Shown here: positions 19,760 to 29,401 of the stretch, in pieces | Position numbering within the stretch: position 1 is the stretch's first letter | Layout: each line of letters begins with the position of its first letter | NCBI GenBank assembly: GCA_963718525.1 | Contig: OY970355.1 | Span: 2,272,001 to 2,336,000, forward strand | Source: Candidatus Dormiibacterota bacterium | GTDB lineage: Bacteria > Chloroflexota > Dormibacteria > Aeolococcales > Aeolococcaceae | DNA length: 64,000 nt | Direction of reading: 5' to 3' | Made by a program: the position numbers and the translations under genes | The notes under the pieces: model-generated | Seen by the model: only the letters and a program-made list of their open reading frames with translations | Database searches by the model: none | What the model was told of the DNA's origin: nothing

Positions 19760-22700
19760 GTGTCTGGGGGCATCCATCCGAAAAGCCGCACGTCCGGATT
19801 CCGGCGGGTCGCTGTCGTCCTGGCCGGACTCGGCTCGTTTGCGGGCCTGTGGTCCGCTAGCGGAGCCACCGCCGCGCTTGCCGCGTCCAAGGCTGCGACC
19901 GCGACCCACGCGGCCACGACTATCAAGGCCGGCGCGGCCACCACGCAGGACTGGCCGACGTACCTGCACGATGTCGCGCGAACGAGCGACAGCGGCGACG
20001 CGACCATGAGTTCGGCGAACGTTCAGTTCCTGCAGAAGAAGTTCACCGTGGTCACGGGCGGCGTCATCGCCGCCGAACCGGCGATCGTCAATGGCATTGC
20101 CTACGTCGGCTCGTGGGACGGCTACGAGTACGCGATCAATGCGAACACGGGCACGGTCATTTGGAAGACCTTCCTCGGGACGATCACCGATCCCCCCTGC
20201 GCGCCTCCGAATGCGGGCATCACCTCGTCCGCGACCGTTTACAACGGCGTCGTCTACGTCGGTGGCGGGAACGACGCGCACGGCGAGGAGCAGTGGTACG
20301 CATTGTCCTCAGCGACCGGCGCGATGCTCTGGAACGTCCCCACCGGCCTCGGCCCAGTGGCCGGTGCGTACTACAACTGGTCGAGTCCGCTCATCATCAC
20401 CGATCCAGCGGACGGGCTCGCGTACGCGTACATCGGCACGGCCAGCGTTTGCGACGCGCCCCTCGTTCCGGGCCAGCTGCTGAAGGTCTCGCTGACGACG
20501 CACCAGGTGGTCGCCATCACACCGATGGTCCCGACCGGGCAGGTGGGCGGCGGCATCTGGACCTCACCCACGTACGACGCCACGACCAACAGGATCTTCG
20601 TCTCCACAGGGACGCTCAACCTCTACTCACAAACGCTGTCCCAGGCGGTTGTGGCCATCAATGCCACGACGATGGCTGTCGTCGATCACTGGCAGCTGCC
20701 GTTCGAGGCGGCGGTGAGCGACTCGGACTGGGGGACGACGCCGACGCTCACGACGGACGCGAATGGCGACCAGCTCGTGAGTCTGGCGAACAAGAACGGC
20801 ATTCTCTACACGCTCAACCGCAACAACATGGCGGCAGGGCCCGTGTGGCAGAGCCAGATCGCCTACGGGGGTGATTGCCCGACATGCGGTGACGGCTCGA
20901 TCGCCTCGGGCGCTTTTGCCAACGGCGTCCTGTACTACGCCGGCGGAAGCAACAGCGACGCCAACGGCATCGGTCATGGGGGCTCGGTCACCGCCTTCAA
21001 CGCAGGCACCGGCGCGGTGCTCTGGAAGCACGAGACGAACTCTCCTGTTCTCGGCTCCATCATCTACGACAACGGTCTGATCTTCGACGGCCAGGGCTCC
21101 ATCATCGAGGCGCTGAGCGCGGCCACGGGGGCGTCCCTCTGGACGTACAACCTCGGAGCGGGCACGTACGGCGCGCCTGCCGACGCCAACGGCATGCTGT
21201 ACCTGGGCGTGGTCAACGGTGACTTCTTCGGATTCGGCCTGCCCGCGACACTCCCGGGCTCGCCGCCCCCCGATCCCAACTGCCCAACGGGCTTCACGTG
21301 TCAGGACATCGGCAGTCCGCGGATTCCCGGCAGCGAGGTACTCAACGGCGATGGGAGCGTCACGGTCACGGCGTCGGGAAACGGCCGTACCCAGGGCGAT
21401 CAGATGCGCATCATCACCGAGCCCGCGAGTGGTGACTTCCAGATCTCCGTTGAGGACATGTCGGAAACGGTCGGCAATCTCACCGGGTTCAGTCAGCCGC
21501 AGCTGGGGATAGTCATCCGTCAGAGCGCAGCGCTCGGCGCCCCGTTCTACACGGCGCTGCAGGATCCGACGTACCCGGGCGAGGGCGAGACCGTCGCCAA
21601 CGTGATCATGTACTACCGCGACACCTGGGGCGGTCCCGTCGTGGAGCTGACGCAGAATTACCCTCTCGCCTTCCCGCGGTACCTCATGGTTCAGCGCCAC
21701 GGCGACAGCTTCCAGACGCTGTTCAGCTCCAACGGAACGAACTACACACTCATCAGCGCAACGGTGCACACGCTGGTGATGCCCACGACGGTTTTGGCTG
21801 GCGTCGGGGTTGCTTCGGGGACACCCACGGCGACGACCACAGCCGTGTACCAGAAGCTCGTCATCGGGCCCCCAACGCAGACCTACGTCGAGCAAAATGA
21901 GGCTCACGCGTGCCCGCCGGGATGGTCCTGCACGGACGTCGGGGCCGGCTCGCCCATCGGCGACGAGACCTTGGTGAATGGCGTCTGGACCATCTCCGGA
22001 GGTGGCGAGGGAATCAACCTCGCTGCGGACGGCATCGGTAATAACCGGATCGCCGACCAGTTCCACTATGTGTACAAGCCGATGACCGGCGACGCAACCG
22101 TCACCGCACGGCTCACGTCGATCGCAAATGGCAGCGCGACCGCGCAGGCAACGCTGATGATGCGCGCCGACACATCCATCGGCTCGCCCTTCTACGGTGT
22201 GGTGGTGACGCCCAACCTCGCGGCGACCATCGAGTGGCGGACCAACAACCTCATCCAGCAGCGGGTGACGATTCCCGTCGGCACGCTGACGCTACCGGCG
22301 TGGTTCCAGATCAACCGCTACACCGACACAACCCAGTCACCCGCAGTGACGTATTACAGCCTGCTCACCTCGACCAACGGGACGACCTGGGCCGAGGTCA
22401 ACGGTTCCACCGTCGCTCTCAATCTCGGTGCGCACCCACTTGCCGGCATCGGCGGCTCGCAGGCCACCCCGCGTGCGCTCAACAGGTCGACGTGGGACAA
22501 CGTCAGCATCTCCACCGTCAGCACGAAGCCGCCGGGCGTGTGCCCGCAGGGCTACACGTGTCAGGACGTCGGCGACGGCTACCAGTCGGGAAGCCAGGAG
22601 TTCAGCGGTAGCGGCACGTGGACCTTCTCCGCTGGTGGCCCGGACATCTGGGACGTGTACGACTTCTTCCACTTCGTCTCCCAGACGCTCACCGGCGACG

Positions 22701-24901
22701 GCACAGTGAGTGCACAGGTCACGTCTGCGGGTCCGGTGAATTACGACGCCGAGTGGCAGAAATCCGGTGTGATGCTGCGAGGATCCAGCGACCCTCAGTC
22801 ACCCTATTACGGCGTGTTCGTCACGCCGCAGCACGGGTTGGCGGTGCAGTGGCGAACGACCCAGGCAGGCTTGACCAGTCAGGTGCTTGCGCCCGGCCCG
22901 TCACCGGCGTACCCGGTGTACCTGATGATCGGTCGGTGGACGGACCCGCACCCGGGCGGTCAGACGTACTACACGGCCTACTGGTCGACCGACAACCTCA
23001 ACTTCACGGCGATCCCCGGCTCCACAGTGGCGCTGAGCCTGCCTGCAACGGTGCTGGCCGGCATGGCAGCGGATTCGTACAACGAGAAGACAACCTTCCC
23101 GGTTGTCTTCAACGCCTTCGCGATCTTCAGTGATACCGAGCCGGTACCTCCGGGCGCCTGTCCGGCGAGCGTCGCCGGGTGTGCGGACATCGGCGGCGCG
23201 GCGCCGGCCGGCGTGCAGACGCTCGCCAACGGCACGCTCACGATGACCGTCGGCGGCGGTGACATCTGGCTCGGGGCCGATCAGATGCACCTCGTCTGGC
23301 AGAACCTTGCCGGTGACGGCGTGGTCAGCGCGCGAATCGTCTCGCAGCAGAACACCGGTGGCTGGGCCAAGGCAGGGGTGATGATGCGGGCCACCACCGA
23401 CCCAGGCTCGCCCTACTACGCCGTCTTCGTCACACCGAGCAACGGCATCGCCGTCCAGTACCGCTCCACGGCCGGCGCAATCACCGCACAGATCGTGATC
23501 CCGGGCACCACGCCGGCATACCTCGAGGTGGGTCGCTACACCGACAGTGCCGGCACTGCGTGGTACACCGCGTACACCTCTACTGACGGCACCACGTGGA
23601 CAGTGGTTGCGGGGTCCACGGTGGCGCTGGCGATGCCGGGCCCGTTGCTCGCCGGCTGGGGTGGTGACTCGACGAGCCAGACGACGGGCAGCCAGATCGT
23701 CTTCGACACCCTGGCCGTTAGCGCGGGCGCCTCCGCGCCCCCCGGGCTGTGTCCATCCGGCTGGGTCTGCGCGGACCTCGGGGGTGCGACCCCTGCTGGA
23801 GGTCAGAGCCTCTCTGGAGGCGCATGGACCGTCTCCGGCGGCGGCGGCGACATCTGGGGTGCCAGCGACCAATTCCGCTTTATCGATGCACCGGCACGCG
23901 GTGACGGCACCATCAGCGCCGAGGTCATGACCCAGCAGGCGACGAACCCCTGGGCGAAAGCGGGCGTGATGATGCGCAGCACCGTGGATCCCGCTTCCCC
24001 GTACTACGCCGTCCTGGCCACTCCCGCCAATGGAGTCATCGTGCAGTGGCGCACCACGCAGGGCGGTGCGACCAGCCAGCTCGCAGTCCCGGGCACTGTC
24101 CCGGTCTACGTCGAGGTGTCGCGGTGGACCGACACCAGCGGCACGACGCCGGTGACGTACTACTCCGCGCTCACGTCACCGGACGGCGTCACATGGACGA
24201 CCGTTCCGGGCTCCGCCGTGGCCATGACCCTGCAGACGAACTATCTCGATGGCCTCGCGGTGACCTCGCACGACACCAGCCAGCTGAGTAGCGTTGGGCT
24301 CAAAGCGGTGCAGATCGGCACGACGTCGACGGAACCGCCAGGTGTCTGCGGCGCCGCATACACCTGCGCCGACATCGGTTCGGCCACCCCCGCCGGGAAT
24401 CAGACACAGACGCCCACAGGATGGACCATCGAGGGCGGCGGCGGTGACATTGCCGGGACGAGCGACCAGTTCCGGTTCATCGAGCAGCCGCTGCCCGGAG
24501 ATGGCACCGTCAGCGCACGGCTGGTGTCGCTGAGCAATGCCAATGCCTGGACCAAGGCGGGCCTTATGGTGCGCTCCGATGCGACTGCGGGAGCCGCGTA
24601 CTACGCAGTGATGCTGACGCCGGCCAATGGCCTGGTGGTGCAGTACCGCAATGCCGCCGGCGCCGTCACGAACCAGCCGGTCCTGCTCAGTGGGCCGGCG
24701 GCGCCGCTCTACCTCAGCGTGACGCGAACTGGCACGACATTCTCCGCGTCGACGTCGCCCGACGGCGTCACCTGGACACCCGTCGCCGGCTCCTCCGTGC
24801 CGCTGAGCGGTCTCTCGGGAACGCTGCTCGCCGGAATGGCCGTCACGTCGCACGACACCAGCCTGCTTGCCACCGCGATCTTCAACGCAGTCAACATCTG
24901 A
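19760..24901 (+). CDS. Large secreted protein: PQQ-type beta-propeller plus six tandem ConA/DUF1349-like beta-sandwich domains
   Basis: Probable GTG start 19760 after GAGGGG; signal peptide; DWPTY..D..RT and G..(L/V)W propeller repeats; six ~200-aa units beginning CPxGxxCxDIG with GGGDIW..DQF..GDGTVSA..WAKAGVMMR. Confidence 0.85.
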   Translation: MSGGIHPKSRTSGFRRVAVVLAGLGSFAGLWSASGATAALAASKAATATHAATTIKAGAATTQDWPTYLHDVARTSDSGDATMSSANVQFLQKKFTVVTGGVIAAEPAIVNGIAYVGSWDGYEYAINANTGTVIWKTFLGTITDPPCAPPNAGITSSATVYNGVVYVGGGNDAHGEEQWYALSSATGAMLWNVPTGLGPVAGAYYNWSSPLIITDPADGLAYAYIGTASVCDAPLVPGQLLKVSLTTHQVVAITPMVPTGQVGGGIWTSPTYDATTNRIFVSTGTLNLYSQTLSQAVVAINATTMAVVDHWQLPFEAAVSDSDWGTTPTLTTDANGDQLVSLANKNGILYTLNRNNMAAGPVWQSQIAYGGDCPTCGDGSIASGAFANGVLYYAGGSNSDANGIGHGGSVTAFNAGTGAVLWKHETNSPVLGSIIYDNGLIFDGQGSIIEALSAATGASLWTYNLGAGTYGAPADANGMLYLGVVNGDFFGFGLPATLPGSPPPDPNCPTGFTCQDIGSPRIPGSEVLNGDGSVTVTASGNGRTQGDQMRIITEPASGDFQISVEDMSETVGNLTGFSQPQLGIVIRQSAALGAPFYTALQDPTYPGEGETVANVIMYYRDTWGGPVVELTQNYPLAFPRYLMVQRHGDSFQTLFSSNGTNYTLISATVHTLVMPTTVLAGVGVASGTPTATTTAVYQKLVIGPPTQTYVEQNEAHACPPGWSCTDVGAGSPIGDETLVNGVWTISGGGEGINLAADGIGNNRIADQFHYVYKPMTGDATVTARLTSIANGSATAQATLMMRADTSIGSPFYGVVVTPNLAATIEWRTNNLIQQRVTIPVGTLTLPAWFQINRYTDTTQSPAVTYYSLLTSTNGTTWAEVNGSTVALNLGAHPLAGIGGSQATPRALNRSTWDNVSISTVSTKPPGVCPQGYTCQDVGDGYQSGSQEFSGSGTWTFSAGGPDIWDVYDFFHFVSQTLTGDGTVSAQVTSAGPVNYDAEWQKSGVMLRGSSDPQSPYYGVFVTPQHGLAVQWRTTQAGLTSQVLAPGPSPAYPVYLMIGRWTDPHPGGQTYYTAYWSTDNLNFTAIPGSTVALSLPATVLAGMAADSYNEKTTFPVVFNAFAIFSDTEPVPPGACPASVAGCADIGGAAPAGVQTLANGTLTMTVGGGDIWLGADQMHLVWQNLAGDGVVSARIVSQQNTGGWAKAGVMMRATTDPGSPYYAVFVTPSNGIAVQYRSTAGAITAQIVIPGTTPAYLEVGRYTDSAGTAWYTAYTSTDGTTWTVVAGSTVALAMPGPLLAGWGGDSTSQTTGSQIVFDTLAVSAGASAPPGLCPSGWVCADLGGATPAGGQSLSGGAWTVSGGGGDIWGASDQFRFIDAPARGDGTISAEVMTQQATNPWAKAGVMMRSTVDPASPYYAVLATPANGVIVQWRTTQGGATSQLAVPGTVPVYVEVSRWTDTSGTTPVTYYSALTSPDGVTWTTVPGSAVAMTLQTNYLDGLAVTSHDTSQLSSVGLKAVQIGTTSTEPPGVCGAAYTCADIGSATPAGNQTQTPTGWTIEGGGGDIAGTSDQFRFIEQPLPGDGTVSARLVSLSNANAWTKAGLMVRSDATAGAAYYAVMLTPANGLVVQYRNAAGAVTNQPVLLSGPAAPLYLSVTRTGTTFSASTSPDGVTWTPVAGSSVPLSGLSGTLLAGMAVTSHDTSLLATAIFNAVNI

Positions 24902-24919
24902 GGACCCTGGCCGAACTCT

Positions 24920-26170
24920 CTACGGACGGCACACTCGCGCTGCGGCGAATGTCGCCGGCGTCGCCGGGCCGATGTCGTAGCTCGTCGGTGCGACCTGGTA
25001 TCCGAGGTTCCAGAAGTTCGCTCCACTCGACCCCTCAGTGAAGATGGTCTGGCACATGTCGCGTAACTCGGTAGCCCGTGCCGTGTCGCCTTCAGACTGC
25101 TGCCACCCGAACTCCTCGTCGATCCATGGTTTGCCGATCGACGCGCAGTACGCGGCAATCGTTCCGGAATACGCAAGCATGCCCCCGTACGTCTTGATAT
25201 CGCAGAGGTCGACCGTCGGCAGCGCGAAGATCGCCTTCCAGTCAATGCCGGACGTGGGTTCGTTGAGATATCCGAGGCCACCCGGATTCACCGCGACGGT
25301 CGCGCCGAGCCGCTTCCACAACCCCGTGGTGCGAGCGTAGAAATCGGTCAGCTCCTGCGTCGTGTAGGAGAGCGTGCAGTCCTGCCCGGTCGCGGGCGCC
25401 ATGAAGGTGTGACTCCCCACCGGGAGCGGTTCGCCGCTGATGCCGAGCGTGGCAATCGTCGGATCGTCCGCGTAGAGCCGGCCCGTGACGGTGTTGCGCC
25501 GCGTGGCGACGAACCTGATGAACGCTGTCCAGTCTGAGGTGTAAGGATTGATGCAACTGTTCCACTGAATATTCCGATAGTCACTGAGGTCCAGGTCGAC
25601 GTGCAGACCAGCCGCTCCTGCGTCAGCGATCATCTGGTCGACCTGCTCCCACGTCGTTTCGGCGTATGGCGTCGAGGACGGGATGCCGTCGTCTGAGAAG
25701 AAGTTGACGATGCGGATGGTGTCCAGCCCGGCCCGTTGCGCGAGCGCCACCGTGCCCATCGGGTTGAGGAACCCGGACTGTTCCGGGCGTAGTCCCGGGT
25801 TGTAGACGCTCGCCCCGTTCATGTACCAGGGCGACCCGTTCTCGCACAGGTGCGTGGCGCACACGGTCACCTCGGCGGGAGCCTGCTCCTTCGCGGGCGT
25901 CGTGGTGGGCGTCCCGGTCGGCGGTGCCGTGACATGCGCGGTGCCGTCCGGGTTTGGCCCAGCTGCGTGATCACGCAGCACGAGCACAGCAGACAGCGCG
26001 GCGACGAGCACCACTGCTGCTGCCCCCGCGAGGCGTCGGCTCCTACCTGGATTGATGGCGCTCCTCCGACGGCTCTCGCTGGCGTTCTCCGCGGCCAGTC
26101 TCGGGTTCCCGAAAGCCTCACCCCGGGTTGTATAGGATGTGCGGGTCTCAGCCGATGACGCCTGGCCCAC
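24920..26170 (-). CDS. Membrane-anchored GH5-like glycoside hydrolase (mannanase/cellulase clan GH-A), catalytic residues present
   Basis: DTIR, RRNTVTGRLYADDPTI..SGEP (acid/base Glu), KPWIDEEFG (nucleophile Glu), ANFWN. Confidence 0.8.
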   Translation of the reverse strand: MGQASSAETRTSYTTRGEAFGNPRLAAENASESRRRSAINPGRSRRLAGAAAVVLVAALSAVLVLRDHAAGPNPDGTAHVTAPPTGTPTTTPAKEQAPAEVTVCATHLCENGSPWYMNGASVYNPGLRPEQSGFLNPMGTVALAQRAGLDTIRIVNFFSDDGIPSSTPYAETTWEQVDQMIADAGAAGLHVDLDLSDYRNIQWNSCINPYTSDWTAFIRFVATRRNTVTGRLYADDPTIATLGISGEPLPVGSHTFMAPATGQDCTLSYTTQELTDFYARTTGLWKRLGATVAVNPGGLGYLNEPTSGIDWKAIFALPTVDLCDIKTYGGMLAYSGTIAAYCASIGKPWIDEEFGWQQSEGDTARATELRDMCQTIFTEGSSGANFWNLGYQVAPTSYDIGPATPATFAAARVCRP

Positions 26171-26286
26171 GGGAGAGTGCCGGATCCGAGCATTCGACGA
26201 CGAAGTTGCAGCGAGCCGTTACGACGGCGTTACAACCGGCGGCCTGAGAGGCGGGCTCCGGCCATCGTCGACCCTATGCTTCGCGA

Positions 26287-26367
26287 GGCCACGACAAGAG
26301 CAAAACCTCCGTGAGAAGGCGACGCAAAGCCACGGGTCTCAACGTGAGACAGCCGGGTTAGCGAAGG
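26287..26367 (+). ncRNA. c-di-GMP-I (GEMM) family riboswitch, A20 variant
   Basis: GGCCACGACAAGAGCAAAACCTCC-GTGA-GAAGGCGACGCAAAGCCACGGGTCTC..GAGACAGCCGGGTTAGCGAAGG: GNRA loop, GACGCAAAGC junction and P3 all match GEMM; -10 TATGCT at 26275-26280; 28 nt before ATG 26396. Confidence 0.85.
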
Positions 26368-26395
26368 ATCGTGGGTCCCGGCAATCGGAGCCCAG

Positions 26396-27637
26396 ATGAT
26401 CAGAGCGCTGTCCGCTACCACCGTTGTCCTGATCGCAACTGCTGCGTGGGGCGCCACCACTGAGTCTTCCCGCCAGCTGACCAGCTCCCCGCAGAGCACG
26501 AGCCCAGGCCCGGCTACGATCTCGCCACCGCGCGTGTCGTCAGGCACGCACCGCGTCAAGCATCCGGTCCCGAAGAGCATCCACACTCCTGAGCCCATGC
26601 CGACGACGGGTCCTACGCCAACTCCTGTCGCGACTTCGACGCCGTCACCTACTCCCATCGCCACACCTCCTCCGAGCCCGAGCTCCTCGCCGCCGACTTC
26701 GTCCTTCGTCACGGTGTGCGGAACGGCGTTGTGCGCGGGTGGCGTGCGGTTCGACGAACGAGGTGCGACGGCCTACGGGCAGTACAGCAACCCGGCGGGC
26801 GTGGTCGCGCTCGCCCGGCGGGCGAATCTCAACACGCTCGAGCTCGTCGAATTCGACACGCGGTACCACACGCTCTCGGACACGGAGTCGAGCGCAACCT
26901 GGGACCGCGTCGACGCCTTCATCGCCGCCGCCCATGCCGGAGGGTTGCACGTCATCCTCAACCTGAGCGAGTACGGCCAGTCACTGCAGGCAGCCGGTCA
27001 TCCGCCGGTCACGACCGACTGGGGTCCGTATCTCAGCTTCATCGCTAACCGTGTCAACACGGTGAGCGGGATCAGGTACGCCGATGATCCGACGATCGCC
27101 ATGGTGGAGTTGTGGGGAGAGATCCCTGCGCCGAACTATCCGAATCCCGTCGGGACCACCCAGCAGATCACCGACTTCTATACCCGGTCGCTCGCCGAAT
27201 GGCACGCGGACGCGCCCAATATCCTCGTCAGCAGCGGCGGCTTCTCGTACATCAACGATCCACACAGCGGGATCGACTGGAAGACGATTATGGCCGATCC
27301 CGGCAACGCCGCCTGCGACGTCGAGGTCAACTCAACCGCCGATCTGAGTGTCAGCGTCCCGAGCGTCTCCTCATACTGCCAATCGCTGGGGAAGCCGTGG
27401 TTCCTCGCAGCGTGGAGCTCGTGCTTCGGGGCGTCTCGGGGCGCATGGGATCTCGATCACTGGTCTTCCGATGCTGCGATGGCCGCGCACGCCAGGGTGA
27501 TGGTCGACGTCGCGGACGGTGTGTCCGAAGCGGCGCCCTTGGGCGACGATTTCTGGAACATCGGCGACACCGCGGCGGTCACGGGAACGTGCGACATCGG
27601 CCCGCAGTTTCCGCTCACCTTCGCCGCGATCGAGTAG
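26396..27637 (+). CDS. Secreted GH5-like paralog lacking the nucleophile Glu
   Basis: Signal peptide, Pro/Thr linker, RVNTVSGIRYADDPTIAMVELWGE; KPWFLAAWS where the paralog has KPWIDEEFG. Confidence 0.8.
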   Translation: MIRALSATTVVLIATAAWGATTESSRQLTSSPQSTSPGPATISPPRVSSGTHRVKHPVPKSIHTPEPMPTTGPTPTPVATSTPSPTPIATPPPSPSSSPPTSSFVTVCGTALCAGGVRFDERGATAYGQYSNPAGVVALARRANLNTLELVEFDTRYHTLSDTESSATWDRVDAFIAAAHAGGLHVILNLSEYGQSLQAAGHPPVTTDWGPYLSFIANRVNTVSGIRYADDPTIAMVELWGEIPAPNYPNPVGTTQQITDFYTRSLAEWHADAPNILVSSGGFSYINDPHSGIDWKTIMADPGNAACDVEVNSTADLSVSVPSVSSYCQSLGKPWFLAAWSSCFGASRGAWDLDHWSSDAAMAAHARVMVDVADGVSEAAPLGDDFWNIGDTAAVTGTCDIGPQFPLTFAAIE

Positions 27638-27659
27638 CGCCGAGCGGGCGGTCGCGCCG

Positions 27660-29399
27660 TCAGCCCGTCCCGGTCACCCGGTACAACCGCCAGTTGGTCG
27701 CGTCGTCGCTGACGCTGTTGAACTGCTTGACCAGCGTTCCCAGGTCGCCGCCGTTGGCATAGGCGCCTGGGTACGCGCGGTTGATGGCGTCGAGCTTGCC
27801 GAGCGCCTGTTCCGACGGCACCAGGAAGTAGCGCACGCCGTTGCCGGCCGGATCGGCGAGCACCTGCTGGAAGTCGCGGTCCGAAGTGATCACGTACTGC
27901 TGCGTGTTCGACGATGACATCACGATGTCGAATCCGAGGAAGTCGTCGACGAGCACCGTTCCCCGGCCGAGGCGCAGCGAGTCGACGTACTGGCTCACCT
28001 GGTGATCGGTGACGAATCGCAACGACGCCAGGCGTTCGGCCTGGGTGAGCGGTCCGCGCCGGACCAGCGCGTGGAGCTCCGCCGCGTACCCGACATTGAT
28101 CGTCGGATCCATGACAGCACGGTATCCGGCCTGGACCGAGAGCGACATCAGGACAATCCCTGCCACGGCGGCCACGGTTGTGCCACCGGTCCATAGCCAG
28201 GTCAACCACCGATTGCGCGGTTCGGGCTCGGGTCGGTGCGTGGCGAGCTGAGGCGAGCCGGCCGTGCTCCTGCGGGTGAGCGTGATGCCGACCATCAGAA
28301 TCACCAGTGGAATCACGACGATGAAGTATCGGAGCAGCTGGAGCACGCTGCCGCTGACCTGTGCCCAGAACATGAACGCGAGGACCGCGCCGAGCACCGC
28401 CGGTGTCGCTAGGGCAACCCAGTCGCGCCGCCACACAACCACGGCGACGCACGCAACGATGACTATGGGCAGGAACGGTTCGAGGGCGAGCATCCAGTGC
28501 AGCGCCTGACTCGAGGCGGCAACCTCCTGTCCCAGCGTGAGCGACGTCGACAGCCCGCGCGACTGCAACTGCGCGGCGTTGCCGTAGCTGGACGACAACT
28601 GCTGAAACGCCGTGCCGGTGATCAGCCAGCTCGTCAGAGCCCAGAGCACGAACGCAGTCGCAAACGGGGCAACGACGATGAACGAGTTAAGCAGTGCGGC
28701 GCGCACGCGCGGACGCGTCGCGCTCGTGGTGCGCATGAACGTGGCGAAACCGACAATGACCACAACCGCCGCCGCAGCCGCCGTTGCCTCATATCGCGAG
28801 AGATAGAGCATGGCCAGGTAGAACGCCGTGCTGACGAGCGCTGAGATCTCCTGTGTCCGTAACCAGCGCTGCAGATGGCGCGCCACCAGCAGGAGGAAGA
28901 AGATGAACATCGCCTCGCTCATCGAGTTGACGGCATAGAGAACAATCATTGGATGCAACGCGAAGGTCGCAGTCAGCAGCCAGCGCACCCAGCGGCGTAC
29001 CCCAACCTCCTCCAGGAAGCGATAGACCTGATACGCGGCGCCGGCCATGAAGAGCGCGGACACGATGTTGCCGGCGAACGCATCCTGCACCAGGGCAGGC
29101 CATACGGACTTGAGCGCCACCAACGGCACCAGGACGAGCTCCGGAAGCGGACTCCACACGAATCCAACCGCCGCAAGGTGGGGATCGCCGCTGAACAGGA
29201 TGCGATTGGCGATGGCCACGCGCGATACCCCATCCTGACCGAGACCCTGACTATGGACGATCAACGTGACGTAGAAGGCGATAGCCAGGTAGACGGCCAG
29301 GCACGACCAGAACCAGATCAGCGCATCCGACGGCCGGTGCAGCCGGATCAGCCGGCGTGGGATCGCAACGAAACGAGGTCGCAGCGCGATCGCCTGCAT
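27660..29399 (-). CDS. GT-C fold (GT39/PMT-like) integral membrane glycosyltransferase
   Basis: About 11-12 TM; DGVSR in first loop, GFVWSPLP, NSMSE, SRYE; C-terminal extracytoplasmic domain. Confidence 0.75.
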   Translation of the reverse strand: MQAIALRPRFVAIPRRLIRLHRPSDALIWFWSCLAVYLAIAFYVTLIVHSQGLGQDGVSRVAIANRILFSGDPHLAAVGFVWSPLPELVLVPLVALKSVWPALVQDAFAGNIVSALFMAGAAYQVYRFLEEVGVRRWVRWLLTATFALHPMIVLYAVNSMSEAMFIFFLLLVARHLQRWLRTQEISALVSTAFYLAMLYLSRYEATAAAAAVVVIVGFATFMRTTSATRPRVRAALLNSFIVVAPFATAFVLWALTSWLITGTAFQQLSSSYGNAAQLQSRGLSTSLTLGQEVAASSQALHWMLALEPFLPIVIVACVAVVVWRRDWVALATPAVLGAVLAFMFWAQVSGSVLQLLRYFIVVIPLVILMVGITLTRRSTAGSPQLATHRPEPEPRNRWLTWLWTGGTTVAAVAGIVLMSLSVQAGYRAVMDPTINVGYAAELHALVRRGPLTQAERLASLRFVTDHQVSQYVDSLRLGRGTVLVDDFLGFDIVMSSSNTQQYVITSDRDFQQVLADPAGNGVRYFLVPSEQALGKLDAINRAYPGAYANGGDLGTLVKQFNSVSDDATNWRLYRVTGTG

Positions 29400-29401
29400 G
29401 G

